Part shown: positions 38,888 through 52,508 of the stretch, piece after piece | Numbering within the stretch: position 1 is the stretch's first letter | Layout: each line of letters starts with the position of its first letter | Assembly (NCBI RefSeq): GCF_001194135.2 | Contig: NC_068997.1 | Location: 30,363,461-30,427,460 of the forward strand | Source of the DNA: Octopus bimaculoides | Taxonomy: Eukaryota | Direction: 5' to 3' | Length of the DNA stretch: 64,000 bases | Position numbers and translations under genes: made by a program | The notes under the pieces: generated by a model | What the model was told of the DNA's origin: nothing | Databases searched by the model: none | What the model saw: the letters and a program-made list of their open reading frames with translations, nothing else

Positions 38888-39902
38888 CATACATACATAC
38901 ACTGTTGTAGAGGTCAGTTGCCGAGTAGACATGAATGTACAATCAAAAGACTAGGAGAAAGAGAACAATTATGGTGAATTAATGTGGAAATTACAGCTCT
39001 TGTACTTATCATCATATAATGTACCAACAAATTTTCACAAAAATCTAGAAACATTTGGTTTCGCAGAAAAAAAGCAAAAGAAACTGACGTAGATTCTCCA
39101 AATCTAATCTATTAGTGGCACAGTGAAATATTGTAAGACATTCCAGAAATTCTCCATGTGAAATTCTCACGTGAATAGATGTACATACCTGGATGTATGC
39201 ATTGACAGTTCAACCAACACAGCAACTCAAACACATTCACAAACACCGAGAACTCTCTTAACTCAAAAAGTCTTGTTGCTTTATTAGCAACAGGCTTGAA
39301 CTCTCTCAAGAGGAACCTAAATTAAACTCAAAGAAAAATCATGCATAAAAATATATATGAGAACAGCTACATATGGGATTGAAATACAAGAATACACAAA
39401 TGTGCATCAAGAGGACAGAGCTTGGATTTTACCGGACCTACATAATATGCATATATATATTTATATATAACATTTAAAATGAAGCTGTTTCTGGGATATT
39501 ATGGATATCCCTTCATCAAGGAAGATTTCCTTTCATCATATATATATATATATATATATATGTATAACAGTAATCCTTCAATGGAATTTATAAAGATTTA
39601 ATGCATTGCTACATGTGTTTCCACAAATCACATGATTTTTAAGATCACAGTCCATATTCCTGGGATGATTACAGTATAATCCGTAGTGTCTGTGGGCATC
39701 TGGTTGATCATCGTCATTGATTCATTTCTTCAGGCAATAGAACATTAGTGGATGACCCACAAAGGGTTATTTTTCTCTTTTTACCTGTCTGAAGTTCAAG
39801 TGAGATATGTAAGCATTTCTGTGTGTATTTGGCTGGAAGGGGAATAGAGCAAGAAAGGGTGGTTAGATATGGGGATAGAAGTGTGTGTGGTGGTGTTATA
39901 CT

Positions 39903-42278
39903 TGTAGTGACGTCATTTGGCGCCAAAATACAGTCGCCATTACTGCGCTTTCATCCACGCATGCGCAGGGAATAGTTCCGGAAGGAACACGGGAAGAGTC
40001 TCATGCGCATGCGTGGAATTCAACATCTTAACGTTCCCGCTCAATTCATTCTCTTTCTCGGTCGGCCGGCCATGAGCATGGACGGGTCAAGCTGTCTCTC
40101 CAGCATTCCAACTCTGGGGACAGCTCATTCCAACATTCCAACGTCTCAGCAACCAAGATTAAGGCTGCCTATTTCCTCCATAAATAAATATTGTTGTGTT
40201 GATAGTTCAGAGTTCTGCGTTCCGTTATTATTTAGAATTTAATATAGGAAAGCGGGTGCACACCTAATGGTGTATAACCACTTTCCTATAATTGGTGACC
40301 CCGAAGAAAGAACAATCGCAGCCGAGGATTCTGATCTAACGACCGACAATACTACACTAGCCGCCGCTGACATAAGTAAATACGGCACTTTCCTATAACT
40401 GGTGACCCGACTAAAGAACAACCACAGCCACGAAAATCTGAACTGCGACCAATAATACTACAATTGGTACCCCGAGCTAAAAAGATCTACGGACCTCATT
40501 TCAACAGCCATTGAATTCGTATGTTTCGCGACGTTCAACATCAGGATTGCCTCTACATTCTCAACAAACACAAGTGAAAAGCTAAGAAAATTTTTTTTTC
40601 TACGTTAAAGTTTTTCCTTTTATCAATGACTTCCAAAGCCTATAACCGAAAACTTCTTTGCGGCTGAGACCTTTGTGGTTTTTCACACAAAAAAACTTCA
40701 CGGTTATTTCATTCTAACAACTTTCTGAGCAATTTCCTACATGTTTTCACGCGACGTCAATTCATTCTTACACAGCGTCCTCTACTTGCTGAAAATAGCA
40801 GTAAAAATGCACAGTTACATTTCAGTGAGTACATAACATTTATTGATGCTTACTTGTTCCCAGTTCAGCATATTTCACACCTCTCCGTTTCTCTCGGCCG
40901 GAGAATGGAAGAGTTACTGGCTTATCTTTATTTGCATCGAGATTTTTTGGTCATTTTCGCTCGCAGCTCCGAATTCTTCAAGGTCGACGCTAATGGTCGT
41001 ACAGAGATTATGTCTGTCGACCGTCTGAAAAAGCGTACCTTTTCAAACACCACACACCACTGTCAACATCATTACCACCACACATACAGAACTCAGCCNN
41101 NNNNNNNNNNNNNNNNNNNNNNNNNNNNNNNNNNNNNNNNNNNNNNNNNNNNNNNNNNNNNNNNNNNNNNNNNNNNNNNNNNNNNNNNNNNNNNNNNNNN
41201 NNNNNNNNNNNNNNNNNNNNNNNNNNNNNNNNNNNNNNNNNNNNNNNNNNNNNNNNNNNNNNNNNNNNNNNNNNNNNNNNNNNNNNNNNNNNNNNNNNNN
41301 NNNNNNNNNNNNNNNNNNNNNNNNNNNNNNNNNNNNNNNNNNNNNNNNNNNNNNNNNNNNNNNNNNNNNNNNNNNNNNNNNNNNNNNNNNNNNNNNNNNN
41401 NNNNNNNNNNNNNNNNNNNNNNNNNNNNNNNNNNNNNNNNNNNNNNNNNNNNNNNNNNNNNNNNNNNNNNNNNNNNNNNNNNNNNNNNNNNNNNNNNNNN
41501 NNNNNNNNNNNNNNNNNNNNNNNNNNNNNNNNNNNNNNNNNNNNNNNNNNNNNNNNNNNNNNNNNNNNNNNNNNNNNNNNNNNNNNNNNNNNNNNNNNNN
41601 NNNNNNNNNNNNNNNNNNNNNNNNNNNNNNNNNNNNNNNNNNNNNNNNNNNNNNNNNNNNNNNNNNNNNNNNNNNNNNNNNNNNNNNNNNNNNNNNNNNN
41701 NNNNNNNNNNNNNNNNNNNNNNNNNNNNNNNNNNNNNNNNNNNNNNNNNNNNNNNNNNNNNNNNNNNNNNNNNNNNNNNNNNNNNNNNNNNNNNNNNNNN
41801 NNNNNNNGTGTTTGTGCCACATCTTGTGGTTGGTTTCAGTGGCCATCTTGCCTCAGACGTCCCTCCAAAATTTTTATTTTCGTGCTTCCACACTCAAGGG
41901 GGAGCCATTGTAGTGACGTCATTTGGCGCCAAAATACAGTCGCCATTACTGCGCTTTCATCCACGCATGCGCAGGGAATAGTTCCGGAAGGAACACGGGA
42001 AGAGTCTCATGCGCATGCGTAGAATTCAACATCTAAACGTTCCCGCTCAATTCATTCTCTTTCTCGGTTGGCCGGCCATGAGCATGGACAGGTCAAGCTG
42101 TCTCTCCAGCATTCCAACTCTGGGGACAGCTCATTCCAACGTCTCAGCAACCAAGCCTATTTCCTCCATAAATAAATATTGTTGTGTTGATAGTTCAGAG
42201 TTCTGCGTTCCGTTATTATTTAGAATTTAATATAGGAAAGCGGGTGCACACCTAATGGTGTATAATCTCTTTCCTATA
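39903..42278 (+). mobile_element. Non-autonomous Ty3/Gypsy-derived LTR element with two near-identical LTRs
   Basis: LTRs 39903-40290 and 41909-42278 (TG...TA); PBS TGGTGACCCCGA (tRNA-Trp-like) at 40293; PPT AAGGGGGAG at ~41896; only an integrase tail remnant (SVDRLKK); near-TSD TACT/GACT; ~710-bp gap inside. Confidence 0.88.
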
Positions 42279-42358
42279 GACTTATTTTGCTATTCATTCA
42301 GCAGATGCTAAGGATGGATAGTGCATTCTCTTGTTTGATTTCATTTAAGGCATAACTA

Positions 42359-45300
42359 TCTATACTATAAAAGGCAAATCTACTCTGTGTGTGTGTGTGT
42401 GTTTAAAATTAATACATTTACACAATTCAAAATTTCTTCGATTAAACAATCGCAATTAATATTCTAAATACAATAAGTTAGGTCACTGCATCATTTTTTC
42501 ACTCCAAAAATTTCCTAATAATGAATAAAATCCGTAAAACTACGGAGGTAAACATTTTCTCCCTAATAAAATCTAATTTCCTCTTTCTAATACAAATCCT
42601 TTCAACTCCTACTTTCTCTTATGAAGCTTTACGAAAACTCCAACAACAAATACAAAAAGAAAGGAAGGAGAAAAAGAAAACTATCAAAACTGAAACAATC
42701 ACATTTCGATACTGTGATGACAGATACTAAAACTACATACAGAATTACTTTGCCCCTCTNNNNNNNNNNNNNNNNNNNNNNNNNNNNNNNNNNNNNNNNN
42801 NNNNNNNNNNNNNNNNNNNNNNNNNNNNNNNNNNNNNNNNNNNNNNNNNNNNNNNNNNNNNNNNNNNNNNNNNNNNNNNNNNNNNNNNNNNNNNNNNNNN
42901 NNNNNNNNNNNNNNNNNNNNNNNNNNNNNNNNNNNNNNNNNNNNNNNNNNNNNNNNNNNNNNNNNNNNNNNNNNNNNNNNNNNNNNNNNNNNNNNNNNNN
43001 NNNNNNNNNNNNNNNNNNNNNNNNNNNNNNNNNNNNNNNNNNNNNNNNNNNNNNNNNNNNNNNNNNNNNNNNNNNNNNNNNNNNNNNNNNNNNNNNNNNN
43101 NNNNNNNNNNNNNNNNNNNNNNNNNNNNNNNNNNNNNNNNNNNNNNNNNNNNNNNNNNNNNNNNNNNNNNNNNNNNNNNNNNNNNNNNNNNNNNNNNNNN
43201 NNNNNNNNNNNNNNNNNNNNNNNNNNNNNNNNNNNNNNNNNNNNNNNNNNNNNNNNNNNNNNNNNNNNAAATACCTGTCAGTTAGAAGAAGCTGCGATCA
43301 GATTTCTACATCCATTTGCGTGATGGCATCAATAATGACGCTGACCCAAGAAACATCGGCAAAATGTGCATTCTCCCCTCAACATATACAGGGAGGCCAC
43401 AATACATGCACGAGCGAACACAAGACGCTATGACTTTCGTTCGGCACTATGGACGCCCTGATTTATTCATCACGTTTACATGTAACCCCAAGTGGGTTGA
43501 GGTAACACGGGAACTTCTCCCACACCAGCAGTACTGCCATCGGCATGATCTTATTGCCAGGATTTTCAAGCAGAAGCTGACTAGGCTAATTGATTTCATC
43601 AAAAAAGGGCAGGTGTTTGGCCCTGTTAAGTGTCACGTGTATACTGTTGAGTGGTAGAAGAGAGGGTTGCCACACGCACACATTTTGGTTTGGTTGGTCA
43701 CCAAAATAGACCCTACACTTATAGATGAAATCATCAAAGCAGAAATCCCAAACCCCACTGTTGACCGACAGCTGTACGACATTGTCAAGGCACACATGGT
43801 GCATGGTCCGTTCGGTCCCGGTTTTCAAAAATTCTCCTCATCCCACAAATACCATGTGTGTACTAAACGATACCCAAAGAGTTTCGTGGACGAGACCCAG
43901 ACCGCTGGTGATGGATATCCACTGTACAGACGAAGGCGGCCTGAGAATGAGGGATTCACTATAACCTTATGGGGTCATCAAGTTGATAATAGATGGGTGG
44001 TCCCATACTGTCCATTACTGATGACAATTTTCAACGCTCATATAAATGTGGAGTTCTGTCATTCAGTACTTATGTTAACAAGGGTTCGTACGCTGCCATG
44101 TTCGGCCTTCAAAAGTACAATAGCATGGACAAGGTGTCGCAGTACTTGGCAGGTCGATATATCAGCAGTGGTGAAGCTTTTTGGCGGATATTCGGGTTTC
44201 CGCTTCACCAAAGGAACCCCGCCATCATACAACTCGCGGTTCATTTGGAAAACGGCCAGCGGACTTATTTTGCTGAATAGACTGCTGCTCAATTGGCGGC
44301 CAATCGAAAAGAAACGAGTTTGACTGGTTTTTTTAGGCTTTGCCAAATTGACACATTTGCCAAAACGCTTCTATACCCTCAGGTTCCGTCCTACTATGTG
44401 TGGTCAAAGAACACTTGGGTGCGTAGGAAGTCAGGTCAGGATGTTCAAGGACATCTCGGTGTCAAGTTTAACAGTTGTCTAGGAAGAGTGTACACTGTGC
44501 CTCCCCACCAGCATGAGTGTTTTCNNNNNNNNNNNNNNNNNNNNNNNNNNNNNNNNNNNNNNNNNNNNNNNNNNNNNNNNNNNNNNNNNNNNNNNNNNNN
44601 NNNNNNNNNNNNNNNNNNNNNNNNNNNNNNNNNNNNNNNNNNNNNNNNNNNNNNNNNNNNNNNNNNNNNNNNNNNNNNNNNNNNNNNNNNNNNNNNNNNN
44701 NNNNNNNNNNNNNNNNNNNNNNNNNNNNNNNNNNNNNNNNNNNNNNNNNNNNNNNNNNNNNNNNNNNNNNNNNNNNNNNNNNNNNNNNNNNNNNNNNNNN
44801 NNNNNNNNNNNNNNNNNNNNNNNNNNNNNNNNNNNNNNNNNNNNNNNNNNNNNNNNNNNNNNNNNNNNNNNNNNNNNNNNNNNNNNNNNNNNNNNNNNNN
44901 NNNNNNNNNNNNNNNNNNNNNNNNNNNNNNNNNNNNNNNNNNNNNNNNNNNNNNNNNNNNNNNNNNNNNNNNNNNNNNNNNNNNNNNNNNNNNNNNNNNN
45001 NNNNNNNNNNNNNNNNNNNNNNNNNNNNNNNNNNNNNNNNNNNNNNNNNNNNNNNNNNNNNNNNNNNNNNNNNNNNNNNNNNNNNNNNNNNNNNNNNNNN
45101 NNNNNNNNNNNNNNNNNNNNNNNNNNNNNNNNNNNNNNNNNNNNNNNNNNNNNNNNNNNNNNNNNNNNNNNNNNNNNNNNNNNNNNNNNNNNNNNNNNNN
45201 NNNNNNNNNNNNNNNNNNNNNNNNNNNNNNNNNNNNNNNNNNNNNNNNNNNNNNNNNNNNNNNNNNNNNNNNNNNNNNNNNNNNNNNNNNNNNNNNNNNN

Positions 45301-46030
45301 NNNNNNNNNNNNNNNNNNNNNNNNNNNNNNNNNNNNNNNNNNNNNNNNNNNNNNNNNNNNNNNNNNNNNNNNNNNNNNNNNNNNNNNNNNNNNNNNNNNN
45401 NNNNNNNNNNNNNNNNNNNNNNNNNNNNNNNNNNNNNNNNTTTCAACCTTCCGCTTGACTTAGCGAAGACGGACACACCAATTTGCAACATCAGTAACAG
45501 CTCAGATCAGGCAGAAGTGTTCAGACGATGCAAGCTTATCGTTTGGGATGAATGTACAATGGCCCACAGAGGTGCTCCTGAGGCGCTACATAAATCTTTG
45601 AGAGACATCAAAGACTCTACAGTTCCCATGGGAGGCATAACACTTCTTCTTTCAGGGGACTTCAGGCAAACACTGCCAGTTATTCCCAAGGGGAATAGAG
45701 CTGATACAGTACGTGCGTGTCTTAAGTCANNNNNNNNNNAGGGGAATAGAGCTGATACAGTACGTGCGTGTCTTAAGTCATCTGCATTGCTAAGACATTG
45801 TTACAATTGTGAGAACAATAAAACAGCTTTTTCAGGGCCACCTCACATTCTATTGTTACCCACTTCTCAGACTGCTGCAATGCTCTAGGCAAGGATTTCT
45901 GTCCAGTTGCAAATTGATTGGTTGGTTTTCAACTTATAGCAATCTTTCCCTCAATAATCATAATTGAGTAGAATCATCAACAGTACTTTAAAACAATTAA
46001 GCCCCGAGCAACGCTGTGCACTTCTGCTAG
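42359..46030 (+). mobile_element. Helitron with Rep/helicase pseudogene (helicase C-terminus deleted)
   Basis: A|TCTATACT 5' end and CTAG|T 3' end; PDLFITFTCNPKW, VEW*KRGLPHAHIL (HUH), RYPK...DGYPLYRRR; WDECTM...GDFRQTLPVIP. Confidence 0.92.
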
Positions 46031-46299
46031 TCTTCGATAAATTCTAAACTCAACAGGTGGTCAAGTACTGCTCTTATACAGTGGGGGGTTCATTGAATTA
46101 ATTGATAAATGCTACTTTTCTTATGGTAACCTCTTCCTTATTTCTGTTGGTATAATGTTAAGCATCACAAATATCGATTGGTTTGTCTATTTGTTTTGGT
46201 TTCTTTTGCTGTTCAGCAATGTGTTATTTCATTTCAAAATATTTCTTTCAAATGCCATGAATGGTGTTTTGTTCCTGTGATTACATGATGTGATCATTT

Positions 46300-47050
46300 T
46301 AGAGTCCCTATTTACCACGTTTTCCTTGGATGTGATGATTTCCAGGGTTTCTTCTAGGATTAGTTTGCATACCCATGATGTTCCATTGTATGGTGAAGCA
46401 TTATTTTTAATGGATCAGTGGGTCATATGTTCCATTCCATTCTGTTTTAGTTTCCAGATGAGGTTTGATAGAAATGTGGAGTGTTTTTTTATTATATAAG
46501 AAAATGAAGAGAGATGGTTTATCAGACGATTCTTCATAATGTCTCCAGTGCCACCAATGTACACATATTTCCGCATATCTGTCTTCACCTCACATTTATA
46601 CACTATGTTCCTTATCATGCAGTTGTTGTTAAATCTGCATTCCTCTTTATGTCTGATGTTACACATGATACTATTTTCATAATTTCTTTCCATGAAGTTA
46701 CTATTAGTGGTCTTCTTTCTTTTCCCTCCTGTAACTGTGCACTCATTTTTCTTATGTATGGGTTGTACCTTTAATTGTGTGATGTTGTTTGGGTTCATTT
46801 TTGCTATTGATGAATTTTTATTACTCCTATTTTCCACCAATATATCATCGTATACAATATTAGCTGTGGTTGGTTTATATTTCCCCTCTAGTTTTATTCT
46901 ATTTGGTTTTGTGTTATTTAGTTATTTATGTATGTGGTATTCTACATTATGGGAGGTCATATATACTAATTTGAATATGCTGTATGATGTTGACGATTTT
47001 GTGATATTTGGAAGACACATGTCGTTTTTCTTATATATATATAGAAAATT
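46300..47050 (-). mobile_element. Penelope-like GIY-YIG fragment
   Basis: NCMIRNIVYKCEV...VYIGGTG..MKNRLINHLSSF...STFLSNLIWKLK. Confidence 0.8.
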
Positions 47051-47206
47051 TCCGACATGACACAACCAGCACCAGAGGAAACTCAAAGAACTAATGGAAA
47101 TTTTCAAAAATGCAACATGTGTGCTACTACCAGCTGATAAAACTGGTAACTCATAGAACTTTAAATTCAAAACATATAAAAAGCTAATATTTAAAGAACT
47201 TCCTAG

Positions 47207-48111
47207 TATGAGGTGGTATTAAAAGGTTCCCAGATTAGTTCTGTAGTGCACCAACAGTTGGCAACACATGGTTGTGTGCACAGTGAGACCTAGCAGGGAT
47301 CTTTATGGGTCAGTGTGTCAAGTGATATTGATCTGTTAACTTTGCAAGTTGAGAAATTTGTGTTTTCGTGATCACTTGTATGTTGTAGTATTTGAGTTTG
47401 TTCTGGACAAGAACAAAGATCCAACGTGGAATGTTGCGTTAAACTTGAGAAGTCTACTGCAGAGACATTGAGCATGCTTTGGCAAGCTTACAACAATGAG
47501 GCAATGGGTCACACACAATGTTTCCAGCGGCACATGCACTTCAAAATTGGAAGAACGTCTCTGTAAGACAATAAGCGATCTGGAAGACATGTTATGAGCG
47601 TCACCTCTAGAACTGTGGTATTGTTTAGGGCAAAACCATCAACTGAGAGTTCTACTGTGATGTGAAGCATATGAAGGAGGACATTTAGCAAAAGCGACGG
47701 GAACTATGGAGTGTGAAGAATTAAATTCTTCATGATGACAATGCATCCTGTCACCAAGTTCTCCTCACTCGTGAGCTTCTAACCATATATATCGCTTGAT
47801 ATCGCTTCCACACCTGTTCTATTCAACAGATTTAGTACCTGTAGACTTACATCTCTTCTCCAAGATGAAAATGCAGCTCAAAGGTCATCGTTTTAACAAC
47901 ATTGTTGAGATCCAGAGCGAATTGCAGAAGGTCCTCGACTCGCTTATGGAAAACAACTTCTATGCTGAATTCCAAAAGTGGCAGAGATGCTGGGATTGGT
48001 GTATTGCCCAGCAAGGTTATTATTTTAAAAGTGATGATGTTAAAACGTAGGTAAATAGGTTATTTTTTATTAAACATAACTAGTCCTGGAACTTTGTGAT
48101 ACCACCTTGTG
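47207..48111 (+). mobile_element. Internally deleted Tc1/mariner transposon
   Basis: Imperfect ~32-bp TIRs (TATGAGGTGGTATTAAAAGGTTCC / GGAACTTTGTGATACCACCTTGTG); EQRSNVECCVKLEKST N-terminus and YSTDLVPVDLHLFSKMK...CIAQQGYYF C-terminus. Confidence 0.88.
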
Positions 48112-48214
48112 AATGCAAACACATGCCTAGAGGAACACTAACTGAGATAGATATGAAGGGGTCAGAAATCACTGGTTTGGGAATAAAATTTGCTTAGAGG
48201 TGTAACCTCAAGTC

Positions 48215-48340
48215 AAAAATCTTTTCAAAGAAAATCATATTGTTTCTTCTTTATTTAAAAATCTTTTCAAAGAAAATCATATTGTTTCTTCTTTATTTAA
48301 AAATCTTTTCAAACAAAATCATATTGTTTCTTCTCTATTT
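48215..48340. repeat. 42-bp tandem repeat, 3 copies
   Basis: AAAAATCTTTTCAAAGAAAATCATATTGTTTCTTCTTTATTT starting at 48215, 48257 and 48299. Confidence 0.9.
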
Positions 48341-49811
48341 ATTCTTATTCTTTGAGAAGAAACCTAACTTAGAGCTACAGTTTACTCACTGTTTTCTAAA
48401 CCTGATGAAAGAGTGTAGGGACGCAAATTTTGATTTTGTACCTACCAAAGATTTTAGGAGATGTGCTTACGCCCCCTGTAGGCCCTGTTTCCTATTCTAT
48501 GCTGGAAGTGGTTAAGAAACTTGAAATAGAAGATAGAACAAAATCATATGTACCTAGGGAACCTAGAATTACTATTAAGAAGCACAAGGTAATTTTCACA
48601 GTAATCTAATGGTTAGGTTTGTATGGCCATCAAAATCTGACTGAGGTGGAATAGGTAAAAGAATAATAGGTAGAATAATACCAACTCTTAGCTCTCAAAT
48701 TAAACTTACAATATGGTCGAATACAATGGATGAAAATAAAAAATAGAAAGTAGCTTATAAAATAAAAAAAAGTAGTACATTTATACTAGATATGTCCAAT
48801 TACTACTCAACTGTCAACCCAATAATACCCAACAAAGCACTATAATTTGAAAAACAAAATTTGGACTTATCTAAACATGAAATTGACATTATATTAGCGG
48901 CACAGAGCATGATAAGTGATTATGAAGAAAAACTATAGATATGCTAAGACAGAAATGAGTGCTTCAGTACAATGATGGGATTATGTGATGCAGTGCAAGT
49001 CACAGATCTTGTCGGTATTTATATACTTTTACCCATAGAACCTGAAATTTTTTAACTAGATGGGGATTTATATGAAGATGGTGCTCTATTCCTAATAGAA
49101 AATGGTAGTAAAGTGAAGCTGGAAAGATGCAAGAAAAACTATTCAATTTGTTAAAAAAATTAGGGCTGTCTATTGCCATTGAAAACAACCATATGTAGTA
49201 GATGTTAATATATTGGAATAATTTATATAAGTAGATTACAGTTAAGTAAGCAAGTAACTGAAAATAAATAAATGTACATTGTTGTTAGTGTGATTGTCAA
49301 AATGATTATGAAAATTTGTATATGACAATTATAGTCTCCTAATTACTGCTTTAGTGTCGAAGGTCCATTCGTAATCAATAATGGAGATAAAATCTTTGAT
49401 AGAAATTTAGGAGAAAAAAAATTATATCTCAAAAACTTGGATACTATTATTATAAAATTTTCAGAAAGAGGATTCATCATCATCATCATCATCGTTTAAC
49501 GTCCGCTTTCCATGCTAGCATGGGTTGGACGATTTGACTGAGGACTGGTGCAACCGAATGGCTACACCAGGCTCTGAAAACAAAAGTTATAATATAAGAA
49601 TGGATAGTAAAATAATTGTAATGATTATGTGTAAGACTTAAATGATATAACAGTGATAAAGGGGCGTATTAATTGGTGATAGTAATAAAATATCTAATTT
49701 AAACGTAGTTATAAAAAGTGCATATATTGTTGGAAGAAAAAGTTTATTGAAATATAACACATGTATATGATACATATATAACACAAAACCACTTTAAAAA
49801 TACAAATCCCA

Positions 49812-50132
49812 AACCAAGGAAAATACAAATAGGAGCAAAGGAGAGAAAAAGGAAAAAGAAAGAAAGAAAACTAAAGGAAAAAGAGAAAGCATCAATCCAA
49901 CAACAAGCACCTCAAATGGTCACACACCACAAAGTTCTACAGAACCTTGCTATCACCTGGGATAATACTACAAGTGTATCAGCTTGTTTCAGTGGGTTCC
50001 GTTGAACCTTGTGGTATGTGACCAACTGAGGCACTTGTTGAATTTGTTTTTTTTGTTTTCTTTCTTCCTCTTTTTACTTTTTTTTTCACTTTTTTCTTTC
50101 TTTCTTCACTCCTGTTTGTGCTTTTCTTGGTT
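49812..50132. repeat. Imperfect fold-back inverted repeat (~135-bp arms)
   Basis: CAACAAGCACCTCAAATGGTCACACACCACAAAGTTC pairs with GAACCTTGTGGTATGTGACCAACTGAGGCACTTGTTG; the arms extend into A-rich and T-rich flanks. Confidence 0.75.
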
Positions 50133-51293
50133 GTAAAAATATATAACATTCATATGAACATAAAATGATTTTATATTTATTGTATCAAAATGTAATGTAG
50201 AAAAAAAACTAGTATTTGTTACAAAGTGCAACTGGAGCAAGATAGAATATATTTAGTAGTGAATGCGTTTTAATAGTGGGTAATGAGCCTATATGGAATA
50301 TAGTAGATGGAATGGGGTAGAGTAGACATTGATTGGCCTTGGGAGAATAGAAATTAATGCATATATTAATGATGTGTGTATGGAATTAGTAGTTTGTAAG
50401 GGTATAAGACGAGAGAAGTGTATTTAAAAAGCTAAAGGAAAAACAGTAAATTAAAGATACATATAAAATAGGTGAGAGAAAGCCAGTGTGTAATTTATGA
50501 AGATTAATGACCAGTAGAGTTCAAAGGAGTCACTGAAAACCAAGCTGGCCAAAGGAGTTAAAAAATGATGAAGATAAGAGATAATTTAAAGAAACTAACC
50601 AAAAGATAACTAAGTGTTTGAACTATCTTTTGCAAATTTTTATTTTATTGATTTTATTTCTTTTAACACACTTCATTCAAACTGGTTTCAGTTTGTTTAT
50701 GTTTTTCCGTTTTGTTTTTGTTTTTATCTAACTACCACCTTCACAAAATTAAGATTATTTTTGTCATTATGTAACATCAGTTACTACAGAATAGCCACAT
50801 TGAAGTAGAGACTGAGATTTTCTAAGTAGTTGCTTTGCTTGTTGCAGCATCAGTGACCGTTGTCACTTGTTTTTCTATATATTGTGAGCTGGAGTAGATG
50901 ATTGCTATCTCTTGCAGATGGGGTGTCTGTCACTGGGGATGAGCACAGATGTTTTGAAACCATGCTGTCTGGTGACCCCGTTGCTATCACTAGAGGATAG
51001 TAAAGGTTCGCTTTCCTGCTTGCAATATATATCAAGCATAGATTACACCAATAACCACCCAGAGGAGGGTACTCATAGGGTTAAAAAAAGGTAGTAATGT
51101 CGGTGTATATGGTACAGCCATATTGAAGTGGTAATAAGCATTACTTCTCTCTCTCTTTTTCTTATATATATATATATATAATTTTCCAGAGGATGTAGCA
51201 ACCGTTACCAATATAGCATAAGAACTTACCTTAGGGGATCATTAACTAGATTCCTTAAGGGTCGTTCTCACAGTTTATATTTATATTATAAGC

Positions 51294-52459
51294 TTTTTAA
51301 CTTTTAAATTTGCATATTCAAAAGAGACAGAGACTTCAAACTCGATATATCGATTTATTCACCACTCTATGTCAACATTTCTGTGCCAAACTTATCCAGT
51401 GACTGGTCCATTGGATTTTGACATCTGGCACTTCTTCAGGAATGGTTACCATCGGAACAAAACACGAAAAAACACATACATAACAATCATTAAATTATTA
51501 AAATCCCGTTACAGTTCATCTTTCTGTTGTTATAGGGGAGATAACTCCTTAATTTTCTATTTTATTGCTCTCCTGTGAATTTCCACTAGATTAACTTATT
51601 TGTTTATTTCGTTGTACTATACTATGTTACCCGTTCCTTTACCCGTATACATATGCATACATACACTTTACCTGTATACTTATCCATATATACATACATA
51701 CACATACACACACATATACATATATATATATATATACATATATACATATATATATACATACATACACATATACATACAAATACAACACACATACATATAC
51801 ATACATATATATACATGTACATATACATACATATATATATATACACACATATACTTACACACACACACATATATATATATATGCATATCTTTCATATATA
51901 CATACACACACTTATATGCACTCATCCATATATGCATAATTGCACATACACAAACAAACATGAGACATCATGTTGTACTTCATCACATCTTAAGATCATT
52001 TATACCAACGAAACGTACTTCTTATGATATGCGTACATTTCAGAGCATTATTCTTTACTTTATTGATCAATTTATCCTTAGAGAAGAGTATGTGGTATAG
52101 TTCTACCGTACAGAGCGAACAATACTTTCTTCCTCTCTTATATGGCATTGATCTAGCTATTATAGACCATTCTAATGAATACTGTTTATTACTTTCCTTA
52201 AGATCCCAGATGTATTTGCTAAGACTAGTGCTAGCCATTTTCTTCCTATCTCTAAAGCACGAGAAATGGTTAGAAATTCTACGGCAGACCTGTCCTGAAG
52301 TGCACCCCAAGTACGTCATGGTACCTGTTTAAGTCTTTACTTTGCATTGATATATTATATTTTTGACTTTCGCATTAGGTCCTTCAAATTTTATTCTCCT
52401 AGGGTTTACCTCCTTTACTGTGATTATGTTCTTACTCCTATTATTAATAAATGAACCTC

Positions 52460-52508
<49 letters not shown>

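Larger units (their letters stand above)
47060..49760 (+). mobile_element. Degenerate Penelope-like RT element interrupted by a mariner and other insertions
   Basis: PADKTGN at ~47130; MGLCDAVQVTDLVGIYIL and DLYEDG at ~48970-49085 (degenerate MG..DGAE..ELVG / LYRDDG); KKLFNLLKKLGLSIAIENN. Confidence 0.6.

Noticed and set aside
45691-45779. Tandem duplication in the Helitron helicase (also 60905-61040)
   Set aside because: Exact duplicates on both sides of a 10-N gap, typical of unmerged contig overlaps.
48215-48340. Regularly spaced repeats as a possible CRISPR-like array (also the 66-bp units at 54229-54410)
   Set aside because: Contiguous tandem units without unique spacers, in a eukaryotic context with no cas genes.
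51600-51960. His/Ile/Tyr/Thr-rich ORFs (also 10205-10399, 25286-25668, 38732-38932)
   Set aside because: Translations of (CA)n/(TA)n compound microsatellites.
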